DNA of 64,000 bases, taken from Myxococcota bacterium. GTDB taxonomy: Bacteria; Myxococcota_A; UBA9160; UBA4427. Below are positions 28,405-37,977 of this stretch, in pieces (position 1 is the first letter of the stretch; each line of letters opens with the position of its first letter). Position numbers and translations under genes: made by a program. The notes below the pieces were generated by a model, which was given only the letters and a program-made list of their open reading frames with translations, had not been told where the DNA came from and searched no databases. The stretch is taken from the NCBI GenBank assembly GCA_036336835.1, contig JAYZFK010000006.1, forward strand, positions 1 to 64,000, given 5' to 3'.

Positions 28405-30452
28405 CAGCCCCGGCGCCCCCGTTGCGGCGACCTGGTTTGCGCTCGGCTCTCGCCAAAGCGCACGCTCACGCTTCGCTCGCCGGCTGCGAGGACGGTTCCG
28501 GGGGCCGGCCACTGCTCGATCACGCGGCCCGATCCCGAAGCGTGGAGATCGAGCGCGTGCGCCGCCGTGATCTGCCTCACCTCCGGGAGCGAGTACCCGC
28601 CCAGGTCGGGAACGAAGACGCGGTCGCCAATGCGCGCGACCTCGAGCGAGGCGGGGATAGCGATCGGCTCGTGGGGCCTCGGCGGTGCAACGCGTTGCGC
28701 GCGCGGCTCGGCTGCGGGTTCAGGGCTGCGGGCCAACATCGTCGAGTTGAGATCGGGCTCGTATGGCAGCGGTTCCGGCTGCGTGATGATGCCCAGATGG
28801 GCGAGCTGGGCCGCGGCGACGCGCGCGAACAGCGGTGCTGCGGCGGCGCCGCCCGTGTGCGGTTGGCCGGGCTCGTCGAGCGCCACCGTCAGGATCAGAC
28901 GCGGTGCCTCGGCGGGGACGGCGCCGACGAACCAGGCGATGTAGTCGTCGCTGTAGCGGTGTGTGTTGGGGTCGAGCTTCTGGGCCGTGCCAGTCTTGCC
29001 GGCCACCGAGACACTGGCGAGCCCGGCCAGCCGGCCAGTGCCGCGCGAGCTCACGACCCCGCTCATCATGTCGAGGACCGCGTCTGCTGTGTCGCGCGAC
29101 ACGACCCGCCGCGTCTTCGTGGGCCCCGCGTACAGCCAGTCGGACTCCGGAGCGCGGCGTGCGAGTACCAGCCGCGGGGCGCGCCACACGCCGCCCGCCG
29201 CAAGGGCGGCGGTCGCCGCCGCGAGCTGGATCGGTGTAGCGCTGATGCCCTGACCGAAGGAAATCGTCGCGTGGTCGAGCGGCTTCCACTTGCGCCACGG
29301 CCGCACCAGCCCGGCCGACTCTCCTGGGAAGCCGTTGCCCGTGCGCTCGCCGAAGCCGAACTTCCGGAGCATCGCGTGGTGGGCCTCGCGTCCGATCCGT
29401 TGTCCGACGATCACGGCTGCGACATTGCTCGAGACGCGCAGCATGCCGCCGAGGTCGAGCGTTCCGAGATCGCGGCGGTCGCTGATCGTCTTGCCCGGCA
29501 GCGCGATCGCGCCGCCCAGGGTGTCGATCGGCTCGTCGCGCCCGACCGCGCCCGTCTCGAGCGCAGCCGCCGCCAGGAAGATCTTGAGTGTCGATCCGGG
29601 CTCGCTGGCGGCCTCGAACGCGGCGGCGCCCGTCTCGCGATAGGGCATCGTGCGAAAGTGATTCGGGTCGAAGCCCGGTGCCTGGGCCAGGGCCAGGATG
29701 TCGCCCGTCGCGGCGTCGAGCGTGATGATGGTGCCCCCGCGCGCACCGGTCTGCTCGATGGCCTCGTCCAGCGCGTTCTCGGCCTCCGCCTGCAGGCTGA
29801 CGTCGATGGTGAGCGCGATGTCACCGCCGGCTGCGTCGCTCGGTCGCAGCGGTGCACGCGCCAGCAGCTGTCCGCCTCCGTCGCGCTCGACCGGGACGAC
29901 CAGCCGGCTGCCCGAGAGCCAGTCGTTCTCCGCCTGCTCGATGCCGCGGACTCCCCGGCCGTCGATGTTGGCGAACCCGAGGAGTCCGCCCGCGAGATCT
30001 CCGGCGGGGTAGGCCCGCTTCGGCTCGGCGACCAGTCCGACGCCGGCCAGACCCAGACGAGCGACACGGTGCGCCTGCTCCTCGGAGACCCAGCGCGCCA
30101 GGTAGGTGAACCCGGTGCGGCCGTCGAGTCGCTCGTCGAGCGTTGCCTGCGGCGTGCCCAGCGCGCCCGCTAGCGCAACGCGGGCGGAGGCGTCGAGCTC
30201 GCGTGCAATCGCATACACGCTGGGGGCGCTGACCGTGATGGCGAGCTCCTTGCCGCGCCGGTCGTAGACGACGCCGCGCGCGGGCGGCAGCTCGAAGCGC
30301 GAGTAGACCTGGCGGCCCCACAGGTCGTATCCCTGGTCGTCGATCACCGTCAGGTGTGCGGCACGCGCGGCGAGAACCAGGAACACGCCCAGGCCGAGCG
30401 CGCGGATTGCCCCGACGCGGGTCGCGGCCGCACGCAGCTCGGCCGACCTCAC
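28404..30452 (-). CDS. ftsI: Penicillin-binding protein 3 (class B PBP) with C-terminal PASTA domain
   Basis: RGVVYDRRG, EPGSTLK (SxxK), SSN (SxN), KTGT; C-terminal VPDLGG..GSG.VIEQWP. Confidence 0.95.
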   Translation of the reverse strand: MRSAELRAAATRVGAIRALGLGVFLVLAARAAHLTVIDDQGYDLWGRQVYSRFELPPARGVVYDRRGKELAITVSAPSVYAIARELDASARVALAGALGTPQATLDERLDGRTGFTYLARWVSEEQAHRVARLGLAGVGLVAEPKRAYPAGDLAGGLLGFANIDGRGVRGIEQAENDWLSGSRLVVPVERDGGGQLLARAPLRPSDAAGGDIALTIDVSLQAEAENALDEAIEQTGARGGTIITLDAATGDILALAQAPGFDPNHFRTMPYRETGAAAFEAASEPGSTLKIFLAAAALETGAVGRDEPIDTLGGAIALPGKTISDRRDLGTLDLGGMLRVSSNVAAVIVGQRIGREAHHAMLRKFGFGERTGNGFPGESAGLVRPWRKWKPLDHATISFGQGISATPIQLAAATAALAAGGVWRAPRLVLARRAPESDWLYAGPTKTRRVVSRDTADAVLDMMSGVVSSRGTGRLAGLASVSVAGKTGTAQKLDPNTHRYSDDYIAWFVGAVPAEAPRLILTVALDEPGQPHTGGAAAAPLFARVAAAQLAHLGIITQPEPLPYEPDLNSTMLARSPEPAAEPRAQRVAPPRPHEPIAIPASLEVARIGDRVFVPDLGGYSLPEVRQITAAHALDLHASGSGRVIEQWPAPGTVLAAGERSVSVRFGESRAQTRSPQRGRRG

Positions 30453-30808
30453 GGCCGACGCTCCTCTGCGTCGGGCGCTCGAACGTCGGGCAGGTCGATC
30501 ACGCGGTCGGGCCGCGCGAAGCCGCGCTCGGCGGCTCGCTGCGTGAGCAGGCGCGGCTCGCGCAGCTGCCGCATCCGTACCGTCAGGTCGCGCTGCTGCG
30601 CGTCGAGTGCGCTCTCGCGCTCGAGCTGGTGCGACAGCTCGTAGCGCAGCTTCAAGACCTCGGTGCGCAATGCCACTAGCCCGAAGGCGCCGACGAACAC
30701 TGCGAGCAGCGCAGAGAGCAGCATGCGCGGCAAGCGACTCCTTTCGAGGGCGGCGAAGTCTCGGCCGACGATTGTGCGCACCGGGGCGCGACGACGTCGT
30801 CTCGCCAT
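30449..30808 (-). CDS. ftsL: Cell division protein FtsL
   Basis: TM helix plus leucine coiled coil, P.L...A.ERG motif; lies between rsmH and ftsI. Confidence 0.8.
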   Translation of the reverse strand: MARRRRRAPVRTIVGRDFAALERSRLPRMLLSALLAVFVGAFGLVALRTEVLKLRYELSHQLERESALDAQQRDLTVRMRQLREPRLLTQRAAERGFARPDRVIDLPDVRAPDAEERRP

Positions 30809-31770
30809 CAGGCGGCCTCCTCTGTGAGCCGTCGTGCCGAGCGCAGGCGCGCCGAGCGCGACCGCGGGTTGTGCGCGATCTCCTCTTCCCGGGGCCGGAT
30901 CGGCTTGCGAGTCACGATGCTCAGGCGTGGGCGGCGCCCGCAGGCGCACACGGGCACGTGGGGCGGGCACACGCAGCCCTTCTCCTCGCGTCGCAGGTGA
31001 TGCTTGACGATGCGGTCCTCGAGCGAGTGATAGGCGAGCACCACGAGGTGACCGCCCGGGCGCAGCACGGCGATCGCGGCCTCGAGGCCATCGCGCAGCG
31101 CACCCAGCTCGTCGTTCACGGCGATCCGCAGCGCCTGGAACACGAGCGTTGCCGGGTTGTGTTTGCGGCCTCCGCCGACGCGCGCCTCGCGCACGGCGCG
31201 CAGCAGATCGGCGGCCGTTTCCAGCGGCTGGGTGTCGCGCTGTTCGACGATGCGGCGCGCCAGCTTGCGCGCACCGCGCAGCTCCCCGTAGTCGCGGAAC
31301 CAGGTCTCGAGCTCGTCGGTCGTCGCGCGCTTCAGCAGCTGCGCGGCGCTGCGACCCGTTGATGGATCCATGCGCATGTCGAGTGGTGTGGAGGCGGCGT
31401 CGGCCTCGGCAAACCGGAAGCCGCGCTCGGCCGTGTCGAGCTGGTGCGACGACACGCCGAGATCGAGCAACACGCCGTCGACGCGGTCCACCCCCTCGGC
31501 CTCGAGCACGCGGTCGAGCTCGCGAAACGACGCGCGAACGAGTCGGACGCGCTCGCCGAAGCGCTCGAGCTGCTCTCGGGCCGCGCCCAGGGCGTCTGCG
31601 TCGAGGTCGAGGCCGATCAGCAGCCCGTCGGGTGCCGTGCGTTCCAGGATGGCCGATGCATGACCGCCGCCGCCTAGCGTGCCGTCGAGGACGACAGCGC
31701 CCGGGTCCAGGTGCAGGTGGGAGAGGACATCATCGAGCAGGACAGGCTCGTGTCGAAACCGGCTGACCAC
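30808..31770 (-). CDS. rsmH: 16S rRNA m4C1402 methyltransferase
   Basis: HEPVLL, DGTLGGGGH, DLGVSSHQLD, PLDMRMD, FQALRIAVN, YHSLEDRIVK, NPRSRSA. Confidence 0.97.
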   Translation of the reverse strand: MVSRFRHEPVLLDDVLSHLHLDPGAVVLDGTLGGGGHASAILERTAPDGLLIGLDLDADALGAAREQLERFGERVRLVRASFRELDRVLEAEGVDRVDGVLLDLGVSSHQLDTAERGFRFAEADAASTPLDMRMDPSTGRSAAQLLKRATTDELETWFRDYGELRGARKLARRIVEQRDTQPLETAADLLRAVREARVGGGRKHNPATLVFQALRIAVNDELGALRDGLEAAIAVLRPGGHLVVLAYHSLEDRIVKHHLRREEKGCVCPPHVPVCACGRRPRLSIVTRKPIRPREEEIAHNPRSRSARLRSARRLTEEAA

Positions 31771-31928
31771 GAGAGCGGCGCGCCTCCCGCCAGACCCCTC
31801 GCGAGGTGGGCAATGGAATGACTGGTGAAGACGCTGGGGTGCCGCGAGACACCTGCGCGACGGCCCGTACCCCCCACAGACCGAGCCGCCACTCCCGTCG
31901 GCGTCCCGCGGACACCCCAGCTTCTCTC

Positions 31929-31948
31929 CCGGAGCCACGTGGCTCCGG
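31929..31948. repeat. Perfect 20-bp palindrome in the mraZ-rsmH spacer
   Basis: ccggagccacgtggctccgg is its own reverse complement. Confidence 0.6.
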
Positions 31949-31967
31949 TCCCCCCAAACCTCTGCGA

Positions 31968-32408
31968 TCAGGTGTCTGCGCTGGCCACCACGGTCGCGAT
32001 CTCGTCGTATCGCGCCAGTGTCCGCTGCAGCTCCTGGTCGAACAGCGCCGTGTCCCAGATCTCGATCCGGGGTCCAACGCCGGCAATCGTTACGTCGCGC
32101 TCGAGGTGCGCGTGCTCGCGCAGGTGCTGCGGAATCAGGATCCGGCCCTGCGAGTCGAACGGGCATTCGGTGGCGCCCGATACGATGAAGCGGATATAGG
32201 CCTTGGTCTCGGGCCGGACCTGCGATTGCGCCGCCAGGTTCTCCTCGATCTCGACCCAGTCCTCATTGGCGTACAGAGCGAGGCATGCCTTGTCGTTCGT
32301 CAGAATCGGAGCGTTTTCGCTACACATCGTGATCTCTGCCCTGAACGCGGCCGGGACGCTCACGCGGCCCTTTGCATCGATCGTGTGTCTGTGCCTTCCG
32401 CGAAACAT
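31968..32408 (-). CDS. mraZ: Transcriptional regulator MraZ
   Basis: MFRG.H.HTIDAKGRVSVP, DSQGRILIP, IEIWD. Confidence 0.97.
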   Translation of the reverse strand: MFRGRHRHTIDAKGRVSVPAAFRAEITMCSENAPILTNDKACLALYANEDWVEIEENLAAQSQVRPETKAYIRFIVSGATECPFDSQGRILIPQHLREHAHLERDVTIAGVGPRIEIWDTALFDQELQRTLARYDEIATVVASADT

Positions 32409-32469
32409 CGTTTATCTTTGGGGACCAGGTCGATGTGGGTACGGACCGCTCGGTCGTTGGTCTGTTGTG

Positions 32470-32495
32470 CCACTTAATACCACTTTGCCCCACTT
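32470..32495 (-). promoter_or_regulatory. MraZ binding repeats (3x AAGTGG, 10-bp period)
   Basis: ccactt at 32470, 32480 and 32490, upstream of mraZ. Confidence 0.85.
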
Positions 32496-32660
32496 GGAGA
32501 ACTTGTACCGCGACTCCCCAGGCTCGGCAACCGGAAAAGAGAAGAAACTTCGTCTTTCCTCGTTGTTGTTCCCCTACGACACAGTGAAGTTGCACGAGAT
32601 GCCCGCGAAGCTGTCGCGTTCGCGGCGGGCCCCGGTCGCGTCACCAGCCGGGCGGCCCGG

Positions 32661-33716
32661 TCAGCTCGCGCCGATGCCCGGGTAGTGCGCCGCGTGAACG
32701 GCTGCGACGCGATCGACGACCGAACGAAGTCGGCAGCCGGGCGGTGCGTCGATCGTCGCAGGGAGCGCCGTCTTCGTTTCGAGCGCGGCGTCGAGCACGG
32801 CGCTCGTGCCGTCGACCAATCCGCTCGGCGCATAACCACCCTCGAGTACGAAGCACACGCGTCCGTTGCACAGCTCGTCGGCGAGCGCGCAAACGATGCG
32901 CGTCAGCGCAGTGAACCCCTCGCGCGACAGCTCCATCGAGGCGAGCGGGTCGTCCCGGTGTGCGTCGAAGCCGCATGACACCAGGATCATCTGGGGTGCG
33001 TAGTCGCACGCCGCAGGAACCAGCAGACGCTGGAATGCACCGACGTACTCGGTGTCGCCGCAGCCGGCCGGCAAGGGGATGTTCAGGGTCGTGCCGAGTC
33101 CGCGGCCGCGGCCGGCTTCGCTTGCGTCGCCCGTCCCCGGGTAGTAGGGGAACTGGTGCGTCGAGACGTACAGCACCGTGGGATCGTCCTCGAAGCTGTG
33201 CTGCGTTCCGTTCCCGTGGTGGACATCCCAGTCGAGCACGAGCAGCTTGTCGAGGCCGGCGTCGGCCTGGAGGGCGCGCGCGGCGATCGCGACGTTGTTG
33301 AGCAGACAGAAGCCCATCGCCCGATCGGCCTCGGCGTGGTGACCTGGTGGGCGCACTGCGGCGATCCCGCGTCGCGCGGTGCCGCGAGCGACGCGACTCG
33401 CGAGCTCGACCGCCCCCCCGGCCGCGAGCAGTGCCACCTCGTGGCTGCGCGGCGAGACGTAGGTGTCGGCGTCGAGCTGTACGGGGGCCCGTGCCGCAGC
33501 CGCTTCGAGCCGGCGCAGGTGGGGTTCGTCGTGGACACGCAGGATTTCCGTGTCGGAGGCGGGGCGCGGTGGCACCGTGACGAGCTGGTCGCGCCGACGG
33601 TCGAGGGCCGCACCGACCGCCTCGAGCCGATCGGGGGCCTCGGGGTGTCCGGGTGGGGCCGCGTGGTCCCGGTAACGGGAATCCTCGACCACGTGAATCG
33701 CGGCACTCGGCTCCAT
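32661..33716 (-). CDS. Histone deacetylase family (Zn-dependent) deacetylase
   Basis: HPEAPDRL, RPPGHHA, MGFCLLNN, DWDVHHGNGTQ, GFDAH, LEGGY. Confidence 0.95.
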   Translation of the reverse strand: MEPSAAIHVVEDSRYRDHAAPPGHPEAPDRLEAVGAALDRRRDQLVTVPPRPASDTEILRVHDEPHLRRLEAAAARAPVQLDADTYVSPRSHEVALLAAGGAVELASRVARGTARRGIAAVRPPGHHAEADRAMGFCLLNNVAIAARALQADAGLDKLLVLDWDVHHGNGTQHSFEDDPTVLYVSTHQFPYYPGTGDASEAGRGRGLGTTLNIPLPAGCGDTEYVGAFQRLLVPAACDYAPQMILVSCGFDAHRDDPLASMELSREGFTALTRIVCALADELCNGRVCFVLEGGYAPSGLVDGTSAVLDAALETKTALPATIDAPPGCRLRSVVDRVAAVHAAHYPGIGAS

Positions 33717-33771
33717 GGCGAGCGATCATATCGGAGCGCGGCAGCCAGGCGTCGCGCGCAGGGGTGCTTGG

Positions 33772-34728
33772 GTGCGGATTGCGATCACGGGTCTCGGCAC
33801 GTTTCTCGGCCAGCACCTGGTCCAGCGGCTGCAGAGCCGGAAGGATCCGCCCACCGTCGTCGGTCTCGATCTGAAACGACCGCTGCGGCTCGCAGGCGAC
33901 ATTTGCTTCCACGACATCGATCTGACCGATCCGGTTGCCGATACTCGGCTCGCCGAGATCTTGCGCGCGGAGCGGGTCGAGGCGGTGGTGCACCTGGCAT
34001 TCCGGCGCTTTCCATCGCGCGCGATCGAGTACGACCACGATCTGGAGACGCTCGGCAGTCTTCACGTGATGAGCGCGTGCGCGGCGGCAAAGGTGCGGCG
34101 GCTCGTGGTTCAGTCGACGACGATGGCGTACGGCGCGCGCCCCGACAATCCCAACTTCCTCGCCGAGTCGCATCCGCTGCGCGGTCACCCGGGTGCGCAC
34201 AATGTGCAGAACCGCGTTGCGGTCGAGGAGATCCTGCGCGATTGGAGTCCGCGGCATCCGGAGCTGGAGCTGAGCGTGCTGCGTCACTGCTGGGTGATGG
34301 GGCCGAGCTACTTCGATCGAACCGTCGAGTTCTTCGAGGCGCAGCGGATTCCGACGGTGCTGGGCTGCGATCCGTTGCTGCAGTTCGTGCACGAGGAGGA
34401 TCTGCTCGACGTCTTCGAGCGCGCCGCCGTCGAGTCGCATCCGGGTGTCTTCAACGTGGTGGGACGAGGCGTCGTGCCACTGTCGACGTTGCTCGCTCAG
34501 GCGGGCAAGCGCGCGCTGCCGGTTCCGCGCGGGCTGCTGTATCGGGCGGCGTGGCTTGCCTCGCAGAGCGCGAGTGGAGATCCACCGGAGGGATTCTTCG
34601 ACTACCTTCGATACCTGTGGGTGGCCGACGGTGAGCTCGGCTGGGCCGAGTTCGGCGAGCCGCTCTACACCACCGGCGAGGCGTGGAGTGCCTTCGTCGG
34701 CTCGCGCCGGATGCGCCGCTACCGATGA
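33772..34728 (+). CDS. NAD-dependent epimerase/dehydratase family (extended SDR, atypical)
   Basis: RIAITGLGTFLG, VVHLAF, STTMAYGARPDNP, PLLQFVHEED. Confidence 0.85.
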   Translation: MRIAITGLGTFLGQHLVQRLQSRKDPPTVVGLDLKRPLRLAGDICFHDIDLTDPVADTRLAEILRAERVEAVVHLAFRRFPSRAIEYDHDLETLGSLHVMSACAAAKVRRLVVQSTTMAYGARPDNPNFLAESHPLRGHPGAHNVQNRVAVEEILRDWSPRHPELELSVLRHCWVMGPSYFDRTVEFFEAQRIPTVLGCDPLLQFVHEEDLLDVFERAAVESHPGVFNVVGRGVVPLSTLLAQAGKRALPVPRGLLYRAAWLASQSASGDPPEGFFDYLRYLWVADGELGWAEFGEPLYTTGEAWSAFVGSRRMRRYR

Positions 34729-34753
34729 GGGCGCCGGGGAGGCCCCGATCCGC

Positions 34754-35740
34754 ATGAGCGATCCGACCGACAACGTCGTGCCGTTTCCGTCGCGCGAGCG
34801 GGGGGACGATCGCGAGCTCCGCGCTGCGTTGCGCGACCTGCGCAGCGAGATCGACCGGCGCTTCCAGGCCGCGGCCTCGCACGAGCGCGACCAGACGTTC
34901 GACTGGATCCAGCTGTTCGACGAGCTGCGCCATCGGCTCGGGACGGCCGGGGTGGCCGAGCGCTCCAGCGAGGTCGACGAGTTCGGGTTCGATGTGCTGA
35001 CGCTCGTGCGCTCGCGCGTTCTGCTCGACTTCCTGGTCGATCGCTACTGGCGGGTCGATCTGCAGGGCGAGGCGGCGTTGCCCGCGGATGGTCCCGTATT
35101 GTTCGTCGCGAACCACTCCGGGCTGTTTCCGTGGGATGGACTCGTCTTCGCGCAGTGTCTGCAGCGCGAGCGCCCAGCGTGGCAGCGGACGCGCTTCCTG
35201 GTGGCGGACTGGCTGGTGACGCTGCCCTTCGCGCAGCCGCTGCTGGCCCGTTTCGGCGGCGTCCGCGCCTGTCGCGAGAACACCGATCGGTTGCTGCGCC
35301 GGGGCAGATCGGTGCTCGCTTTTCCGGAGGGTGAGAAGGGCGCCGCCAAGGACTTTCGTCGGCGTTACCAGCTGCAGCGCTTCGGTCGCGGCGGCGCCGT
35401 GCGTGCGGCGCTCGAGTGCGGGGTGCCGCTCGTTCCCGTCGGCATCGTCGGCGCCGAAGAGACCCATCCGATCCTGTTCAAATCCCGCCTGGCGGGCCGC
35501 GCGACGGGGCTCCCGTTCTTGCCGGTGACCCCGACATTCCCACTGCTGGGCCCGCTCGGCCTGCTGCCGCTGCCGGCCAAGTGGAGCATCGAGATCGGCG
35601 AGCCGCTCGAACTCGTCGGCATCGACGCCTGCGCCGCACAGGACGAGCTCTACGTCTCGCGGATGAACGAGCAGCTCCGGGCGCGGGTCCGCGAGCTGGT
35701 GGCTCGCGGCCTCGAGCGCCGCAGCTCCGCCTGGACCTAG
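34754..35740 (+). CDS. Lysophospholipid/glycerol acyltransferase (PlsC-like)
   Basis: VANHSGLFPWD (HX4-5D variant), FPEG, VDEFGFD, PLVPVGIVGAEE. Confidence 0.9.
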   Translation: MSDPTDNVVPFPSRERGDDRELRAALRDLRSEIDRRFQAAASHERDQTFDWIQLFDELRHRLGTAGVAERSSEVDEFGFDVLTLVRSRVLLDFLVDRYWRVDLQGEAALPADGPVLFVANHSGLFPWDGLVFAQCLQRERPAWQRTRFLVADWLVTLPFAQPLLARFGGVRACRENTDRLLRRGRSVLAFPEGEKGAAKDFRRRYQLQRFGRGGAVRAALECGVPLVPVGIVGAEETHPILFKSRLAGRATGLPFLPVTPTFPLLGPLGLLPLPAKWSIEIGEPLELVGIDACAAQDELYVSRMNEQLRARVRELVARGLERRSSAWT

Positions 35741-36315
35741 GAATCCGTCTCTTCCTCATCCGGCGAGTCGAGTCGCTCGAGAGCGCGCGCGACGCGCTGG
35801 AGGTTGCGGTTGAGGGCGTCGATGTCGGATCGGCGGGGGAGGTCGAGTAGCTTGAACACCCGCTCGACCGCGTTCTCGACCATGCGGTCGACGTCGGGCG
35901 AGGTATAGGCCTTCCAGTCGGCCCAGCGTCCGCCGTCTTCACCCTCGCTGCCTTCGCGGGCCTCGTTGGCCCCGTGCTCGGCTCGCGCCACGAAGCGGCG
36001 CAGGCGGTCCTGCATGTCCTCGAAGTTGTCGCTGGCGTCGTCGACGCCCTTGCGGAGCGCTTCGTAGAGCGCATCGCCGCCCTTGCCGAGGATCTGCGAT
36101 AGCAGTCCGCTCGGGGCGTCGGCGTTCGCCCGCTCGCTGTCGACCAGGATCTGGGACAACGCGACCTTGGTGATGTCCTCGCCTGTCTCGTTGTCGACCA
36201 CGCGCACTTCGGTGCCGCTCTCGAGCAGCTCGGCGATCCCCTTGAGTGTGATGTAGCGGCTGGTTGCCGTGTTGTAGAGCTTGCGATTGGCGTAACGCTT
36301 GATCAGGGTCGGCAT
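35737..36315 (-). CDS. PhaR-type DNA-binding domain protein with phasin-like C-terminus
   Basis: IKRYANRKLYNT..SRYITL..I..L..V.VVDNETGEDIT..L.QI; C-terminal LDLPRRSDIDALNRNLQRV. Confidence 0.85.
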   Translation of the reverse strand: MPTLIKRYANRKLYNTATSRYITLKGIAELLESGTEVRVVDNETGEDITKVALSQILVDSERANADAPSGLLSQILGKGGDALYEALRKGVDDASDNFEDMQDRLRRFVARAEHGANEAREGSEGEDGGRWADWKAYTSPDVDRMVENAVERVFKLLDLPRRSDIDALNRNLQRVARALERLDSPDEEETDS

Positions 36316-36343
36316 CGCGGGTCTGGCACTCCCAGGGTCGTTC

Positions 36344-36826
36344 TCATCCGTGCACGCGGATGCGCTGCACGCGGGGATCGTCGTCTGCGGACCGATCCGT
36401 CTGGAGATCGTTCTCCTGGTCGTCGGTCCCGGTCCGGTCCGCACCGCGCACGCCCAGCTCCCAGAGCAGCTCGCGCAGGCCGAGGAACGCGCGCAACACC
36501 GCCCGCGCATCGGGATCGTGGTCGGCGCGTCGCTCCCAGCGCGCGATCTCGGCGTCCAGTGCTTCGGCGAGCGCTCCGATCAGCGGCGCCGTGTACGCCT
36601 GAGACGCCTCACCGCTTCGCGTGAGCTGGGCCTCGAGCTCCTCGAGAATGCGCGCCAGCGCCGCGAATCCGGTGCTCGACCCGGCTGGGCCTCGCGCCGC
36701 CACGAGCGAGACGGCATCGAGCATTGCACGACACGCCGCGAGTGCCTCGGCGAGCGCGTTGCGCGCGTGCGAGGCGGCCCGCCCGAGGGCTTGCTCCACG
36801 CTGTCGGGGGGCGGGGACGGACTCAC
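36344..36826 (-). CDS. Hypothetical helical protein
   Basis: 160-aa Ala/Leu-rich ORF, GTGA overlap with the upstream ATPase; ends VQRIRVHG. Confidence 0.7.
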   Translation of the reverse strand: MSPSPPPDSVEQALGRAASHARNALAEALAACRAMLDAVSLVAARGPAGSSTGFAALARILEELEAQLTRSGEASQAYTAPLIGALAEALDAEIARWERRADHDPDARAVLRAFLGLRELLWELGVRGADRTGTDDQENDLQTDRSADDDPRVQRIRVHG

Positions 36827-37977
36827 GACCCGGTGAACAGCTCGGCGATTGCGTCGAGCCCCCCGAGGTCGTGCACGTCGCCGGGAAGCTCCGGCAAGAC
36901 GTGGAAGGCCCAGCCGCGGCGCCGCGCGCGCCCCTCCAACGGTGCGAGAGTCTCGCGATCGAGCATCACTTGCGAAGCGTATCCTGTAGCCAGCTCGATC
37001 GCTGCACGCGCTCCGGCGTCTGCGGGCGATTGGTCCAGGGCCGCCTCGAGCGCGGCGAGCTCGCCGGGCAGGCTGCCGTCGCTCCCCGACAGCAGCGCCA
37101 GCTCGTCCGCGTCACCGGGCCAGTGGCGCACCCGGTTCGCGATCACGCCGCCGATGCGCACCCGTGCAGCCTCCAGCTGGCTCAGGAACACATCGCCGCG
37201 CCGCACCAACTCGGGAGTCGGTCCGGTGATGAGCAGGAAGCGGCAGGCGTCGGAGCGGAGCAGCTCGCCCAGGGCCTGCGCCCTGCCGTGCAGACCGTCG
37301 GCCAGGCTCTCGGTGGCCACCAGCAGCTCGGACAGGTCCTCGAGGAAGTCGAGGCCCGATACCCGTTCGAGCACCCCGAGCACCCGCCGCCCGGCGCCTT
37401 CGAACATGCGCAGCCCGAAGCGGCCGGCGCTCAGCGTCGGCTTCACGAGCAGGGAGACGATCCGGCTCTCGAGGAAGCCCGCGATGCGCCCGGGAGCCTC
37501 GAGGAAGTCGAGCGCGTGCTCGGCGGGCGGTGTGTCGACGACGAGCAGGTCGTAACGCGGGTCGTCCGCAATCTCGTACACGCGTTCCATCGCCGCGTAC
37601 TCCGCGCTTCCCGCGATCGAGCCGACGATCTGCTGATAGAGCGGATTGCCCAGGATCCGTTCGCGGGTTGCTGCGTCGGGTGCGAAGCGGTCGACGAGTC
37701 GATCGAACGTACGCCGACTGTCGAGTGCGAACACGTGCAGCGAGCCGTCGCCGTCGTTCGTGGTCACTTCGCGGGCCTCGTCGTCGTCTGGCGTGATGCC
37801 GAGCGCGTCGGCCAGGCGTCGAGCCGGATCGATCGTCAGCACCGCGACGTGCCGTCCCTGTCTCGCCGCGCGCCGGGCCAGCGCCGCCGAACAGGTCGTC
37901 TTGCCCACGCCGCCCGTGCCCGTGCAGATCAGCACCCGGTGCCCGTCGAGCAGCGCATCGATCGGGTTTGCCGTCAT
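36823..37977 (-). CDS. ArsA/Get3-family ATPase (second subunit)
   Basis: CTGTGGVGKTT, TIDPARRLADALG, EYAAME, VVDTPP..ALDFL. Confidence 0.9.
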   Translation of the reverse strand: MTANPIDALLDGHRVLICTGTGGVGKTTCSAALARRAARQGRHVAVLTIDPARRLADALGITPDDDEAREVTTNDGDGSLHVFALDSRRTFDRLVDRFAPDAATRERILGNPLYQQIVGSIAGSAEYAAMERVYEIADDPRYDLLVVDTPPAEHALDFLEAPGRIAGFLESRIVSLLVKPTLSAGRFGLRMFEGAGRRVLGVLERVSGLDFLEDLSELLVATESLADGLHGRAQALGELLRSDACRFLLITGPTPELVRRGDVFLSQLEAARVRIGGVIANRVRHWPGDADELALLSGSDGSLPGELAALEAALDQSPADAGARAAIELATGYASQVMLDRETLAPLEGRARRRGWAFHVLPELPGDVHDLGGLDAIAELFTGS

